A DNA stretch of 64,000 nt. Source: Micavibrio sp. UBA5703 (GTDB taxonomy: Bacteria; Pseudomonadota; Alphaproteobacteria; Micavibrionales; Micavibrionaceae). Location: NCBI GenBank assembly GCA_002420015.1, contig DIHF01000054.1, positions 30,943 through 94,942 on the forward strand. The letters run 5' to 3'. The translations under genes and the position numbers were made by a program. The notes below the pieces were generated by a model. The model had not been told where the DNA came from. It searched no databases and saw only the letters and a program-made list of their open reading frames with translations. Each line of letters starts with the position of its first letter. Position 1 is the first letter of the stretch. This document shows positions 1 to 9,397 of this stretch, one piece after another.

Positions 1-255
1 CGGAAGGCCAAACGCGTCCCAGCCCATCGGGTGAATGACGTTGAACCCTTGCGCCCTGCGGTAACGCGCCACCACGTCGCCCAGCGTATAGTTGCGTACG
101 TGCCCGACATGAATCCTGCCCGAAGGGTAGGGGAACATCTCAAGGACGTAATATTTGGGCTTTGTTGAATCTTCAGAGACTTTAAAGCTTTCACGCTCGT
201 CCCAGATACGGCGCCACTTCTTTTCGGTCTCTTTTATGTTGTAACGCGAGGACAT
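1..255 (-). CDS. leuS: leucine--tRNA ligase, N-terminal 85 codons (gene continues past the window start)
   Basis: Reverse translation from the ATG at 255-253 gives [20 protein letters not shown]...[50 protein letters not shown]. This carries the class I HIGH-type box (HVGH) and a typical LeuRS N-terminus. The frame stays open to position 1. Confidence 0.9.
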   Translation of the reverse strand, partial: MSSRYNIKETEKKWRRIWDERESFKVSEDSTKPKYYVLEMFPYPSGRIHVGHVRNYTLGDVVARYRRAQGFNVIHPMGWDAFGLP

Positions 256-261
256 GGCGCG

Positions 262-813
262 TTAATCGTCCTGGCCGAGCTGGCTGATGCGGAGCTGGCG
301 CGCGCGGGTGAGGATTGTGTCCTCAAGTTTTGTGCCCATGTCGCCGGCAACATCAGAGTCGCGCCATGCGCCTTTTTCCTGAACCTGACGGAAGACGCGT
401 ACACGTATACCGTCCGAGCGCAATTGCCGCCCGAGGATGAACACGTTGACCTTGAAACGCTCGGCCGCGTTTTCCGGCGGCGAGTACCAGTCGGTCAGGA
501 TTACCCCGCCGAACGGATCGGCGCTGGCCAGCGGCATAAAGGAAACCGTATCGAGCGAAGCACGCCAGAGGAAGCTGTTGACGCCGATTCCGGTCGAGCC
601 GTCCCCTTCGCCCTCTTTTCGTTCACCGCCGAGGATGGCAAGGCCACCCGGTCCGAAAACGCTCTCTTTTTCGGCGTAGATGTCGTCCTTGGCCCCGTCG
701 CGGTCATGGCCGCTCGGGTATTTGGCCTCGCTTTCCATATTTGTGCAGGCCGTCAGGCCCGCAATACAAAGAAAAATCGAGAAAATAATTGCCAAAGAAC
801 GCATATTCATCAT
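262..813 (-). CDS. DUF3576-family lipoprotein
   Basis: 183-aa ORF with a signal peptide and lipobox (IFLCIAGLTAC). It has the stretch GVNSFLWRASLDTVSFMPLASADPFGGVILTDWY that I recall from DUF3576 proteins. It ends 7 nt upstream of the leuS start, the usual alphaproteobacterial arrangement. Confidence 0.75.
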   Translation of the reverse strand: MMNMRSLAIIFSIFLCIAGLTACTNMESEAKYPSGHDRDGAKDDIYAEKESVFGPGGLAILGGERKEGEGDGSTGIGVNSFLWRASLDTVSFMPLASADPFGGVILTDWYSPPENAAERFKVNVFILGRQLRSDGIRVRVFRQVQEKGAWRDSDVAGDMGTKLEDTILTRARQLRISQLGQDD

Positions 814-1105
814 GGCTTAAACCCTTCCGACGCCGAGGTTATAATGTCTGAACGCTTTAACTAGCATGCCGCGCCTTTCCCCTCAAGTCTGGTTTTACAG
901 GAAGGGACAATGTGGCAAAATTGCAACAAAAGAAAAAAATTGTGACATATTTGTAAAAAATCGCGTTGACCCTTTCACGAAACATTGGCTTACTTGCTGT
1001 AGCCTTCCGGCAACGGGGGCTATTCCAACGGTTCCCCACAAAGGAATCAATCTTGTTCAACCCAATAAATCATTCTTTTAACGAAGTTTGATTGGAGGAA
1101 ATAAA

Positions 1106-2257
1106 ATGAAAAAACTACTACTCAGCACCGCCGCTTGCGGTCTGGCTCTGGCCCTCGTGCCGACACCTGCTGCAGCGCAGCTGGAAGTTGGCGTTGGCGG
1201 TCATGCCAAGATTTACGGCGTGTATATCGACCAGGATGAAGAATCCGCTGCAGCGACTGCTGCAAATGGCGACGAAGCTCGCGAAATCGACATGATCCGC
1301 GACACGGAAGTTCATGTTTCCGGCGAAACGACGATGGACAACGGCCTTGGCGTCGGCGTTCACATCGAAGCCGAAACGGATGGCGATGAAGGCTTCAACG
1401 TTGACGAGAGCTATGTTTACTTCTCGGGCGACTGGGGCCGCGTTAACCTTGGCGAAGAAGACGGCGCTGCTTACCTCCTGCAGGTAGCTGCTCCTTCTGC
1501 TGATGCCAACATCGACGGTATCCGTCAGTACGTTCAGCCGATCAACTATGCTGTTCTGACCGATATCACCACCGGCGTGACGACCCAAGGTCTTGACTAC
1601 GATCAGGATCAGGCTCGCAGCACCGACAACCTGACCTACCTGTCGCCGGTATTCAACGGCTTCCAGGCTGGTTTCACCTATGCGCCTGACGTTTCAGACA
1701 ACAGCGGCAACGCTCAGGGTCTGGGCGGCGTTCGCACCGACAACGAGATCGAGTTCGGTTCCCTGTATGAACTGGCTCTTCGTTACGAAGGCATGTTCAA
1801 CAATATCGGCTTCATCCTCGGCGGCGGTTACACGCATGTCGATCATGAAAGAGACGATGATCCGATAGGTGCCGGTGACGTAACTGACGACCGCACGGCT
1901 TATAACGCCGGTCTCGACATTGATGTCGGTCCGTTCGGTATCGGTGCGGCTTACGTTGTCGACGATAACGGCGATGTTCGTAACGCAGCCAACACAGATG
2001 ACATCGACGAAGAAGAAACGATGGTTGTCGGCGTTGACTACACGACCGGCCCGTTCAAAATCGGCGGTTCGTACCTCGACTCTGAAAACACCAACGGTAA
2101 CGATGACGTTGACTCGCAGCGTTACATCGGCGGTGTGGTTTACACAGCCGGTCCGGGCCTCAGCTTCCGTGGTTCTATCCAGCACGTCGAGCATGAAGAT
2201 GCTACGGACGAAGCGGATGCAACGGCAGTTGTTGTCGGTACGCAGGTCGATTTCTAG
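1106..2257 (+). CDS. outer-membrane porin (beta-barrel, Gram-negative porin type)
   Basis: ATG at 1106 is preceded by GGAGG at 1094-1098. Signal peptide is MKKLLLSTAACGLALALVPTPAAAQ. The protein is acidic and Gly/Asp/Tyr-rich with alternating strand-like segments and a C-terminal ...VGTQVDF ending in Phe. Confidence 0.7.
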   Translation: MKKLLLSTAACGLALALVPTPAAAQLEVGVGGHAKIYGVYIDQDEESAAATAANGDEAREIDMIRDTEVHVSGETTMDNGLGVGVHIEAETDGDEGFNVDESYVYFSGDWGRVNLGEEDGAAYLLQVAAPSADANIDGIRQYVQPINYAVLTDITTGVTTQGLDYDQDQARSTDNLTYLSPVFNGFQAGFTYAPDVSDNSGNAQGLGGVRTDNEIEFGSLYELALRYEGMFNNIGFILGGGYTHVDHERDDDPIGAGDVTDDRTAYNAGLDIDVGPFGIGAAYVVDDNGDVRNAANTDDIDEEETMVVGVDYTTGPFKIGGSYLDSENTNGNDDVDSQRYIGGVVYTAGPGLSFRGSIQHVEHEDATDEADATAVVVGTQVDF

Positions 2258-2287
2258 TCTTACGACTGGAATCTAATCTTTTCGGAA

Positions 2288-2311
2288 AGGGCGCCCGCAA
2301 GGCGCCCTTTT
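2288..2311 (+). terminator. rho-independent terminator after the porin gene
   Basis: AGGGCGCC-cgcaa-GGCGCCCT forms an 8-bp GC stem, followed by TTTT. Confidence 0.6.
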
Positions 2312-2326
2312 CATTGTTCCCTTTTT

Positions 2327-2398
2327 GTCATTTCGAACCCTGCGGAGCAGGGTGAGAAATCTCATGAGATTTCTCCTCCTTTCAGTCGTCGAAATGAC
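2327..2398. repeat. inverted pair of GTCAT...ATC hairpin units
   Basis: GTCATTTCGAACCCTGCGGAGCAGGGTGAGAAATCTC, then atg, then its approximate reverse complement ending CGTCGAAATGAC. Same unit type as 22970-23043 and 36473-36580. Confidence 0.6.
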
Positions 2399-2464
2399 AG
2401 GTTTGGATGATTGCTTTTGAAATATTTATGTTCATTCATGTTCATTCGTGGTTTTAATAAGCGC

Positions 2465-3124
2465 ATGCCGATAGCAGAAAACATCGCCCGTATCCACCAA
2501 CAAATCAAAAAAGCCGCGCAGGGTGCAGGGCGCGAGGTTTTATCCGTGCAACTTGTCGCCGTCAGCAAAATGCAGCCGCCCGAAAAAATCCGCGCGGCGC
2601 TGGACGCGGGTCAAAGATTATTTGGTGAAAACCGGGTGCAGGAGGCTCAAGCTCATTGGGCCGCGTTGAAGGGTGAATATCCTGATATAAAACTCCACCT
2701 GATCGGCCCGCTTCAGACCAACAAGGTGAAAGAGGCGGTGGCTCTGTTCGATATGATCGAAACGCTGGACCGCGAAAAACTGGCGATAGCGCTTTCAAAG
2801 GAAATAAAAAAGCAGAATAAAAACCTGCCCTGCCTTGTTCAGGTCAATACAGGTGAGGAAGTACAAAAGGCCGGGATCATTCCGGCGGCGCTTCCCGGTT
2901 TTCTGGATTTTTGCCGGAGAGAGTGCGCGCTCGATATTCGCGGCCTGATGTGCATTCCGCCGGTCGATGAACCGCCCGCGCTGCATTTTGCGTTTTTGGC
3001 GAAGCTGGCGAAGGAAAACAATTTAAAGGAACTCAGCATGGGAATGAGCGGCGATTTCGAAAAGGCGATACCGCTCGGCGCGACGTTCATTCGCATCGGC
3101 ACCGGAATTTTCGGTGAGCGTTGA
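2465..3124 (+). CDS. yggS: YggS-family pyridoxal-phosphate homeostasis protein
   Basis: Translation MPIAENIARIHQQIKKA...LVAVSKMQPPEKIRAALDAGQRLFGENRVQEA...HLIGPLQTNKVK...SMGMSGDFEKAIPLGATFIRIGTGIFG shows the hallmark VSK / FGENRVQE / LQTNK / SMGMS motifs. The ATG at 2465 is chosen over the upstream alternative start in the ORF track. Confidence 0.85.
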   Translation: MPIAENIARIHQQIKKAAQGAGREVLSVQLVAVSKMQPPEKIRAALDAGQRLFGENRVQEAQAHWAALKGEYPDIKLHLIGPLQTNKVKEAVALFDMIETLDREKLAIALSKEIKKQNKNLPCLVQVNTGEEVQKAGIIPAALPGFLDFCRRECALDIRGLMCIPPVDEPPALHFAFLAKLAKENNLKELSMGMSGDFEKAIPLGATFIRIGTGIFGER

Positions 3125-3133
3125 ATAATTTTT

Positions 3134-3310
3134 AAACCACGGATGGACACAGATAAACACAGATTCCCAAAATCGTCATTGCACGGCTTGTCCGTGCAAT
3201 CCACCCTCCTTCGCCCTGCGAGATTCGGCGGATAGGTGGATCACACGCATAAAGCGTGTGATGACGAAGATATAATTCAATCTGTGCCTATCCGTGTTCA
3301 TCTGTGGTTA
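3134..3310. repeat. composite palindromic intergenic element (CACRGAT-arm family)
   Basis: Left arm is AAACCACGGATGGACACAGATAAACACAGATT. The right arm is its inverted counterpart, AATCTGTGCCTATCCGTGTTCATCTGTGGTT. The interior holds two hairpins (ATTGCACGG-cttgt-CCGTGCAAT and ATCACACGC-ataaa-GCGTGTGAT). Confidence 0.7.
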
Positions 3311-3355
3311 AAGCCAAGATCCTTCAGCGCAAGCGCTTCAGGATGACAGGTGGAG

Positions 3356-4147
3356 TCAGGCGGTCTTTTTATCTTCCTCAAACAATGGAAATGCGCTGGG
3401 CGCGATCAGGTCGAGCGGTGCGGCGCTGGCAACCTCGACCATGCTTTTTTCGACATGGCTTTTTCCCATCATGCCTGCTGTGCGGCCTTCGGCGGCCGGG
3501 GCCATTTCAAACACCATACGTCGCCCGCCGCCCAGATCGGCAAAAGACAAGACCGAGCCGGGCAGGGTGGAGAGAGCTTCGCTTTCGGCGCTTTTCAGGC
3601 TTGCAGCGATCTGCGTTTCGGGGTGTGCGTTCATGCTTTTGTATTGCGGTGCTTCGCCATCAAAAACAAAGGCCATAACATTGCCGGTTAAATCCTTGCC
3701 CGTTTCTTCCTGTATGGCGGCATTGACAAGCCCGCTGGCTGCGCCTACCGCGCCGCCATAAACCGCGCCGCCGATGATTGTAGAAATGGGCCTTATTTCA
3801 TCGCCCGTGAAGTGACGATATAAATTTGAAACCACCGGGATGTGCTGGAGCGGGTTGACCATGTCGATCAAATCGCCAAAGCCGAAGGGTTTTTTCGCGG
3901 CGGCCGGTTCGGGCGCGTTGACACCTTGATAAGCGAGGGCGTTTTCAAAGCTTGCCGTATGCGACGATGTTTGTGCGCGGCCAAGGCTTTCTTCGATGCG
4001 CTGCGTTGCGCTCGACGCTTTTTCCCAAACGGGATACGAACCTGCCATGCGGTCATTATCGCGGGCCATGCGCAGCACTTTGCCGCTGCGCGCTTGTGCG
4101 GCAGGATGATTCTGGCTGCTGGCTTCAACGGCACCGATATCGAGCAT
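3356..4147 (-). CDS. hypothetical protein
   Basis: Long ORF (track 3356-4216). The ATG at 4147 (MLDIGAVEASS...) has a purine-rich GGGAAAG stretch upstream. No motif recognised. The Gly/Ala-rich central segment IIGGAVYGGAVGAASGL could be membrane-associated. Confidence 0.5.
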   Translation of the reverse strand: MLDIGAVEASSQNHPAAQARSGKVLRMARDNDRMAGSYPVWEKASSATQRIEESLGRAQTSSHTASFENALAYQGVNAPEPAAAKKPFGFGDLIDMVNPLQHIPVVSNLYRHFTGDEIRPISTIIGGAVYGGAVGAASGLVNAAIQEETGKDLTGNVMAFVFDGEAPQYKSMNAHPETQIAASLKSAESEALSTLPGSVLSFADLGGGRRMVFEMAPAAEGRTAGMMGKSHVEKSMVEVASAAPLDLIAPSAFPLFEEDKKTA

Positions 4148-4275
4148 ATTTTTGTCTTTCCCTTGCAGATCAAAGGGTTGCAAGCTCTGTGCCAAAAGGA
4201 AACAGTGTAAAATCAAAGGGTTAGAAGGGTAGAGTTTTGCTGGCCCGGTGCTTATTGCCCCCGTATACTGGCTCT

Positions 4276-4854
4276 ATGGGAAAAGAAACGTCATCAGTAA
4301 ATGTCACTATTTTCGAGCCGGAAGAACGAAATCGCCAGGTCATCGCCGCCGCTTTGCGCGTGGAAGGAATGGACGGGGTGCGTTTTATCGGCGACCTGTC
4401 CGAGGCGGGCGAAGGCGTGATGATTTATATCTGCGCGCCGGGGGAACCGCCTCCGGAAGGAAAGTCATTGGCCGCCGCTGATATTTTCATGAAGCCCGTG
4501 CGTCTTGGCGCTTTGATTGAGCGCGTTCGGCGTCATCAGAAAAATTTCTCCGGCATTAAAAGCACGGGCAAAACGATAAAAATCGCCACGCAGATTCTCG
4601 ACGTTGAGAATAATTTTCTGGGCACGGTCCGCCTCACGGAAAAGGAAACGGCGATCCTGACGTTTTTGCATGAAAATAAAAACAGAACCGTTGCGCGTCA
4701 GGAACTTCTGGATGCCGTTTGGGGTTATGCCGAAGGGGTAGAAACCCATACGCTTGAAACGCATATCTACAGGCTGCGCCAGAAAATAGAAAAAGACGCG
4801 GCCAACCCAAAAATTCTTCTGACGGAAGAAAACGGCTACAGGCTGTCGCCGTGA
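4276..4854 (+). CDS. OmpR/PhoB-type winged-helix regulator with an atypical receiver-like N-terminus
   Basis: The C-terminus (LTEKETAILTFLHENKNRTVARQELLDAVWGY...VETHTLETHIYRLRQKIE...GYRL) is a clear OmpR-family trans-activation domain. The N-terminal ~100 aa align by hand to a receiver but lack the acidic residues. See finding. Confidence 0.7.
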   Translation: MGKETSSVNVTIFEPEERNRQVIAAALRVEGMDGVRFIGDLSEAGEGVMIYICAPGEPPPEGKSLAAADIFMKPVRLGALIERVRRHQKNFSGIKSTGKTIKIATQILDVENNFLGTVRLTEKETAILTFLHENKNRTVARQELLDAVWGYAEGVETHTLETHIYRLRQKIEKDAANPKILLTEENGYRLSP

Positions 4855-4857
4855 AAG

Positions 4858-5418
4858 CTATTGCAATTTGCCCTTTTCAACGGCTGCAACGAGGCTTTGC
4901 AGGAATGTGCCGCCGCGCTCGATGTGGAGAGTTTTTACATTCTGTTGCGCGAGGATATTAAGGTCGGAAAGCAGGGAATAAATCGTTCTGACTTCATGCG
5001 ACTCAAGGCCGATCGCGTCGTTCTGAACGGGCGCAGAGTCGAAAACCGATTTATTTTTTGCTGAAAAGGAAGCCTGCCGATAGGCGCTGGCGGCATAGGC
5101 GGCCGCGCCATCGCGCATCGCCGTATTTGCGATCGCCGTACTTGGGGTGTGCTCCGCATTGATCGCGGGCGCGGCAGGCATACCCGTGGTGCTTAGAAGC
5201 GAACGCAAAAAACTCTCAAGGAAGATTTGCAGCGCCTCAACCGAAACGGTCGCTTCGTCGCCGTCATTGAAAAAAACTTTTTCCTCTTCGTCTTTGCCCT
5301 TTTTCTTTGAGCGTTCCTGATCGGGGTCGTGACGGCGAATACCAAGGCGCGTATCGGCGCTTTCGGCCTCGCGCGGCTTGACGGAGAATATGTTGCTCAC
5401 GTTCGAGAACATGTCCAA
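4858..5418 (-). CDS. hypothetical protein
   Basis: 186-aa ORF with a charged N-terminal region (DPDQERSKKKGKDEEEK) and no recognisable motif. Its stop is 4 nt from the convergent regulator gene. Confidence 0.5.
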   Translation of the reverse strand: MDMFSNVSNIFSVKPREAESADTRLGIRRHDPDQERSKKKGKDEEEKVFFNDGDEATVSVEALQIFLESFLRSLLSTTGMPAAPAINAEHTPSTAIANTAMRDGAAAYAASAYRQASFSAKNKSVFDSAPVQNDAIGLESHEVRTIYSLLSDLNILAQQNVKTLHIERGGTFLQSLVAAVEKGKLQ

Positions 5419-5480
5419 AAAATCCCAAAAAAGTTTGTTGACACCTCATATTAGCAGATATGCACGTAATCCGCCAAGTT

Positions 5481-5587
5481 TATAGTCCTTCCAATTTGCT
5501 TTTGGACAGCGTTGCTTCGCTCCTCACGTAGCGTTTTCTACGCATCGTCGCTCGCGCCTTGTCCAAAACCAAATTGGTTTGACTATA
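5481..5587. repeat. 107-bp long-stem palindromic element, copy 1
   Basis: TATAGTCCTTCCAATTTGCTTTTGGACA...TGTCCAAAACCAAATTGGTTTGACTATA. About 94% identical (6 mismatches by hand alignment) to 30633-30739. Confidence 0.8.
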
Positions 5588-5621
5588 GGGCGTGCAATTC
5601 TAACGCATTGTAATAGAATGA

Positions 5622-6368
5622 TTATTTGTAAAGCTGGTCCCGCAGGCTGTTCAGATCGCTTAAAATCCATGGTGCAGAATATTCCCACAGCCCTTCTTCC
5701 TTACCTGTGTCCGGATCGACTGCGCTGCATTGTATGGTGGCGACATCGCCCATCATCAGCCATTGCGGAATGTTGTCGAGCATGAAGGGTTTGTCTTTAT
5801 CGACCTGGGTGGGCCGCACTTTCAGGTGCAACCGTCCGGAATATTTTTTCTTGGTATCCGGCAGGAATTTGGAAATATGGTCGTATTGCGTCTGGTTCAT
5901 CGGCAGTCGTGAAAATTTCGGTAAATCCTCTACAACCAGCGAAATCCACTCATCGCCATAGGGGAAAGGAAAATAAGGGATATAATCGGCATCATTGCCC
6001 GGAAAATGAAAGATAATCGAGGCGGTGCCCGAAGAATCTTTTTCTGTGACCTGAAGCACGACATCCGTCTTGATCGTAATGAAGTCCTGTTTTTCCTTGT
6101 AGTCCTTGAAGCCCCATTTGAGGCGGTAACTTTCGGTTTCGTAATATTCCGTAGCCGCCTCGGCGCTTTGCGCCTTTTCATATGCGTCGTTGGCTTGTAT
6201 CCAGTTGACGTAGTCGGGTGCTGTCCCAGTCAGTGAGAAAAATGCAAAAACGGCCTTTTCTTCCTCGGAAAATTTGGTTTCAGGAAGGGCCTGGGCAAAG
6301 GCGTACAGAGGTAGAGCCAGGTTAACGGCAGTTATTAGGAGAGCGCAGAAAAACAAACAAAATTTCAA
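5622..6368 (-). CDS. hypothetical secreted protein
   Basis: ORF 5622-6524 in the track. I favour the TTG at 6368 (GGGGG 8 nt upstream), which gives the signal peptide MKFCLFFCALLITAVNLALPLYAFAQA. The ATG at 6413 is an alternative. No family recognised. Confidence 0.5.
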   Translation of the reverse strand: MKFCLFFCALLITAVNLALPLYAFAQALPETKFSEEEKAVFAFFSLTGTAPDYVNWIQANDAYEKAQSAEAATEYYETESYRLKWGFKDYKEKQDFITIKTDVVLQVTEKDSSGTASIIFHFPGNDADYIPYFPFPYGDEWISLVVEDLPKFSRLPMNQTQYDHISKFLPDTKKKYSGRLHLKVRPTQVDKDKPFMLDNIPQWLMMGDVATIQCSAVDPDTGKEEGLWEYSAPWILSDLNSLRDQLYK

Positions 6369-6411
6369 AAGACGTACCCCCAAAGCTTCAACTTGTTCTA
6401 TTATACACCGC

Positions 6412-6978
6412 ATGAGTGAAAAAGACGATAAAGATAAGGAAGGCAAGGATTTGTGGGCGCTGGCCGTGTCGGGCGTAAAACCCATGCCGGGGAAAAAAGC
6501 TGATGATGTGGCGACGGGACGCAATCACACGCAGCCCGTACGCGTGACATACGGCGATAAAACTGCCACAAAAGATAAATCCGGCGAACGTTTGGAAATA
6601 AAGGATCCGGGGCGGGGTATCGACAAACGTACGGATGAGCGCTTGCGGCGGGGTGAGATGGAGATTGAAGCGCGGCTCGATCTGCACGGGCTTGATCAGG
6701 ACAGGGCCCGCGATGCGCTGGAGAAATTTATTATGGGTGCTCACGCTGCCGGGAAACGTTGTGTACTTGTGATAACAGGTACGGGTAAAAGGGCGGGGCA
6801 AGATGACAACGAAGAAGATTGGTTCATGCCGCAAAAAGGCATACTTAAGCAAAAAGTTCCAGAATGGTTGGCAGGCGAAAAATTAAGACCTTTGATCGTG
6901 CAAACTCACCCTGCGCAAAGAAAACATGGCGGGGAAGGGGCAATGTACGTGCTGCTGAGGCGACAAAGATTGACATAA
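6412..6978 (+). CDS. Smr-domain protein (MutS2 C-terminal-like nuclease domain)
   Basis: ATG at 6412. The C-terminal LDLHGLDQDRARDALEKFIMGAHAAGKRCVLVITGTGKR...GILKQKVPEWL...HGGEGAMYVLLR is a typical Smr domain. Confidence 0.8.
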   Translation: MSEKDDKDKEGKDLWALAVSGVKPMPGKKADDVATGRNHTQPVRVTYGDKTATKDKSGERLEIKDPGRGIDKRTDERLRRGEMEIEARLDLHGLDQDRARDALEKFIMGAHAAGKRCVLVITGTGKRAGQDDNEEDWFMPQKGILKQKVPEWLAGEKLRPLIVQTHPAQRKHGGEGAMYVLLRRQRLT

Positions 6979-7041
6979 CCATATAAAAACGGGTACAACA
7001 ACCAAAAGAAATACAGATTTGTTATTCTGGAGTACTGCATC

Positions 7042-7455
7042 ATGCCTGACCTGAAAGGAAATAGCGCCGGGATGGCGTTCAGGAGTGCGCAAATCCCTGT
7101 CGTTAATCCGGACCAATTGAAGGACAGAAAAATTCTGGTGCGGGCGCTCGGCTTGCAAGCGCATCAGACTGCTGCCGATTTAGATGTGCACAGGAATTGG
7201 TTTAAGGTCCGTGGAAAAACGAACATGTACAAGATTGTCGAAATTCGCGGTCTTCAAGAAGTTTTTGATTTCCTGGAAAGAGAAAAAAATCTCGGCGTCA
7301 ATCAGGACAAAATTAAGATCTTCTTTAACGGCAAAGTCCACGAATACAGAGAATTCGTAAAAATATTCCCGCCTTCGATTTCGGACCTGGATAAAAAGAA
7401 CAGGTGCAATCCTCTCTTCGTCCAGCATTGTCAGCCGAAAGAATCGCTTGATTAA
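7042..7455 (+). CDS. hypothetical protein (weak call)
   Basis: 137-aa ORF. The 3' half is visibly AT-richer than its neighbours. An internal ATG at 7225 (MYKIVEIRG...) is an alternative start. No motif recognised. Confidence 0.35.
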   Translation: MPDLKGNSAGMAFRSAQIPVVNPDQLKDRKILVRALGLQAHQTAADLDVHRNWFKVRGKTNMYKIVEIRGLQEVFDFLEREKNLGVNQDKIKIFFNGKVHEYREFVKIFPPSISDLDKKNRCNPLFVQHCQPKESLD

Positions 7456-7460
7456 AAAGA

Positions 7461-8798
7461 CTAAAGAATGAATCTGCTTAAGTCGGCGGATTTTGCCAGT
7501 TCCTCGACATTTTCACGTACATACGCGGCTGTGATGACAATTTCCTCGCCGCCACGGTCCGAGGCCGTAAAGGATATTTGTTCCAGAAGTTTTTCCATGA
7601 CCGTCAAGAGGCGGCGCGCGCCGATATTCTCGACGCTCTCGTTAACCTCGAAGGCGAGGCGGGCGATTTCATCAATGGCGGCATCCTCGAATTTAAGTGT
7701 AACGCCTTCCGTGCCGATCAGCGCGATGTACTGCTTGATAAGGCTGGCTTCGGTTTCGGTGAGGATGCGTTTGAAATCTTCTTGGGTCAAAGCATTCAAC
7801 TCGACGCGGATCGGCAGGCGGCCCTGAAGTTCGGCCAGCAGGTCCGAGGGTTTCGCGTAATGAAACGCGCCGGAGGCGATAAACAGGATGTGATCTGTTT
7901 TGACGGTGCCGTACTTCGTTGTGACCGTCGTTCCTTCGATCAGGGGCAAAAGGTCGCGTTGCACGCCTTCGCGGGAAACATCGCCGCCGCGCACGTCCTG
8001 CCGTGCCGCGATTTTGTCGATTTCATCGATAAAGACGATGCCGCTTTGCTGCACGAGATCAAGGGCAGATGAAATGATTTTATCTTCGTCCAGAAGCTTG
8101 TCGGCTTCTTCATGAATCAGGATTTCATGGCTTTCATCGACGCGCATCTTGCGTTTTTTCGTGCGCCCGCCGAACGCCTTGCCGAACATATCGCCCATAT
8201 TGATCATGCTCATGGACGCACCGGGCATGCCGGGGATATCAAAGCTCGGCATCGGATTTGAGTTGTCCAGAAGTTCCAGTTCAATCTCGCGGTCGTTCAA
8301 CTCTCCGGCACGCAGCTTGTCACGGAAATTCCTGCGTGTGCCATCGCCAGCCGTGTTGCCGACCAGCGCATCCAGCACGCGCTCCTCGGCGTAAATTTCT
8401 GCCTGCGCCATGACGGTCTTGCGCTGCTTTTCGCGCATCATGTGGATGGCGGCTTCGGTCAGGTCGCGGATAATCGATTCCACATCCTTGCCGACATAGC
8501 CGACCTCGGTGAATTTTGTGGCTTCGACCTTGATGAAAGGCGCGCCCGCGAGTTTAGCCAGACGCCGCGCAATCTCTGTCTTTCCGACGCCTGTCGGGCC
8601 GATCATCAGGATGTTTTTGGGGTAAACTTCCTCCTGCATTTCAAGATCGAGCTGCATCCGCCGCCAGCGGTTGCGCAGGGCGATCGCTACGGATTTTTTC
8701 GCGGCGGACTGGCCGATGATGTAACGGTCCAGCTCGGAAACGATTTCACGCGGTGAGAAGGCAGGAATTTCGGTTTTTTGTTTTGTGGCGGCGGCCAT
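7461..8798 (-). CDS. hslU: ATP-dependent protease ATPase subunit HslU
   Basis: [30 protein letters not shown], Walker [26 protein letters not shown], and a C-terminal ...DLSRFIL. Full-length HslU signature. Confidence 0.97.
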   Translation of the reverse strand: MAAATKQKTEIPAFSPREIVSELDRYIIGQSAAKKSVAIALRNRWRRMQLDLEMQEEVYPKNILMIGPTGVGKTEIARRLAKLAGAPFIKVEATKFTEVGYVGKDVESIIRDLTEAAIHMMREKQRKTVMAQAEIYAEERVLDALVGNTAGDGTRRNFRDKLRAGELNDREIELELLDNSNPMPSFDIPGMPGASMSMINMGDMFGKAFGGRTKKRKMRVDESHEILIHEEADKLLDEDKIISSALDLVQQSGIVFIDEIDKIAARQDVRGGDVSREGVQRDLLPLIEGTTVTTKYGTVKTDHILFIASGAFHYAKPSDLLAELQGRLPIRVELNALTQEDFKRILTETEASLIKQYIALIGTEGVTLKFEDAAIDEIARLAFEVNESVENIGARRLLTVMEKLLEQISFTASDRGGEEIVITAAYVRENVEELAKSADLSRFIL

Positions 8799-8803
8799 GA
8801 CGT

Positions 8804-9358
8804 TTAGATCTTTTCAACAGTAATATTGTTGTTTGTATAAACGCAGATATCGGCTGCGATTTTCATGGCGCGGCGGGCGATTTCCTCGACGGAAAGATTT
8901 TGATCAGCCAGCGCCCGCGCGGCGGCCAGCGCGTAATTGCCGCCCGATCCAATGCCGATGATGCCGTCTTCCGGCTCGACCACATCGCCTGTGCCGGTCA
9001 GGATCAAAGAGGTTTCCTTGTCGCAGACGACCATCAACGCCTCGAGGCGGCGCAGATATTTATCCGTGCGCCAGTCCTTGGCCAACTCTACGCAGGCCCG
9101 CGTCAGTTGTCCTGGATGGGCTTCCAGCTTGGCTTCAAGGCGTTCAAAAAGCGTGAAGGCATCGGCAGTCGCTCCGGCAAACCCGGCGATGATCGCGCCG
9201 TCCTTGCCGAGCCTGCGCACCTTACGGGCGTTGGATTTAAGGACCGTTGCGCCCATCGAAACCTGGCCGTCGCCCGCAACGACGACCTCGCCGCCCTTGC
9301 GGATCGAAACGATGGTGGTGCCGCGCCAGTTCTGTGCTTTCGCGTAATCTTGGTTCAT
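8804..9358 (-). CDS. hslV: ATP-dependent protease peptidase subunit HslV
   Basis: ATG at 9358. [26 protein letters not shown]...[17 protein letters not shown] carries the N-terminal Thr active-site context (GTT). The gene lies 5 nt upstream of hslU. Confidence 0.95.
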   Translation of the reverse strand: MNQDYAKAQNWRGTTIVSIRKGGEVVVAGDGQVSMGATVLKSNARKVRRLGKDGAIIAGFAGATADAFTLFERLEAKLEAHPGQLTRACVELAKDWRTDKYLRRLEALMVVCDKETSLILTGTGDVVEPEDGIIGIGSGGNYALAAARALADQNLSVEEIARRAMKIAADICVYTNNNITVEKI

Positions 9359-9397
9359 GGGAAAGGATATGTGGCATTTCAGCCGCAAAAGTCAAGG

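Noticed and set aside
6411-6414. Shared CATG giving back-to-back overlapping start codons for the Smr gene and the divergent secreted-protein gene
   Set aside because: An ATG at 6413 would put ~15 non-signal residues ahead of the hydrophobic core. A TTG at 6368 with an upstream G-run yields a clean signal peptide, so the overlap is probably an artefact of choosing the longest ORF.
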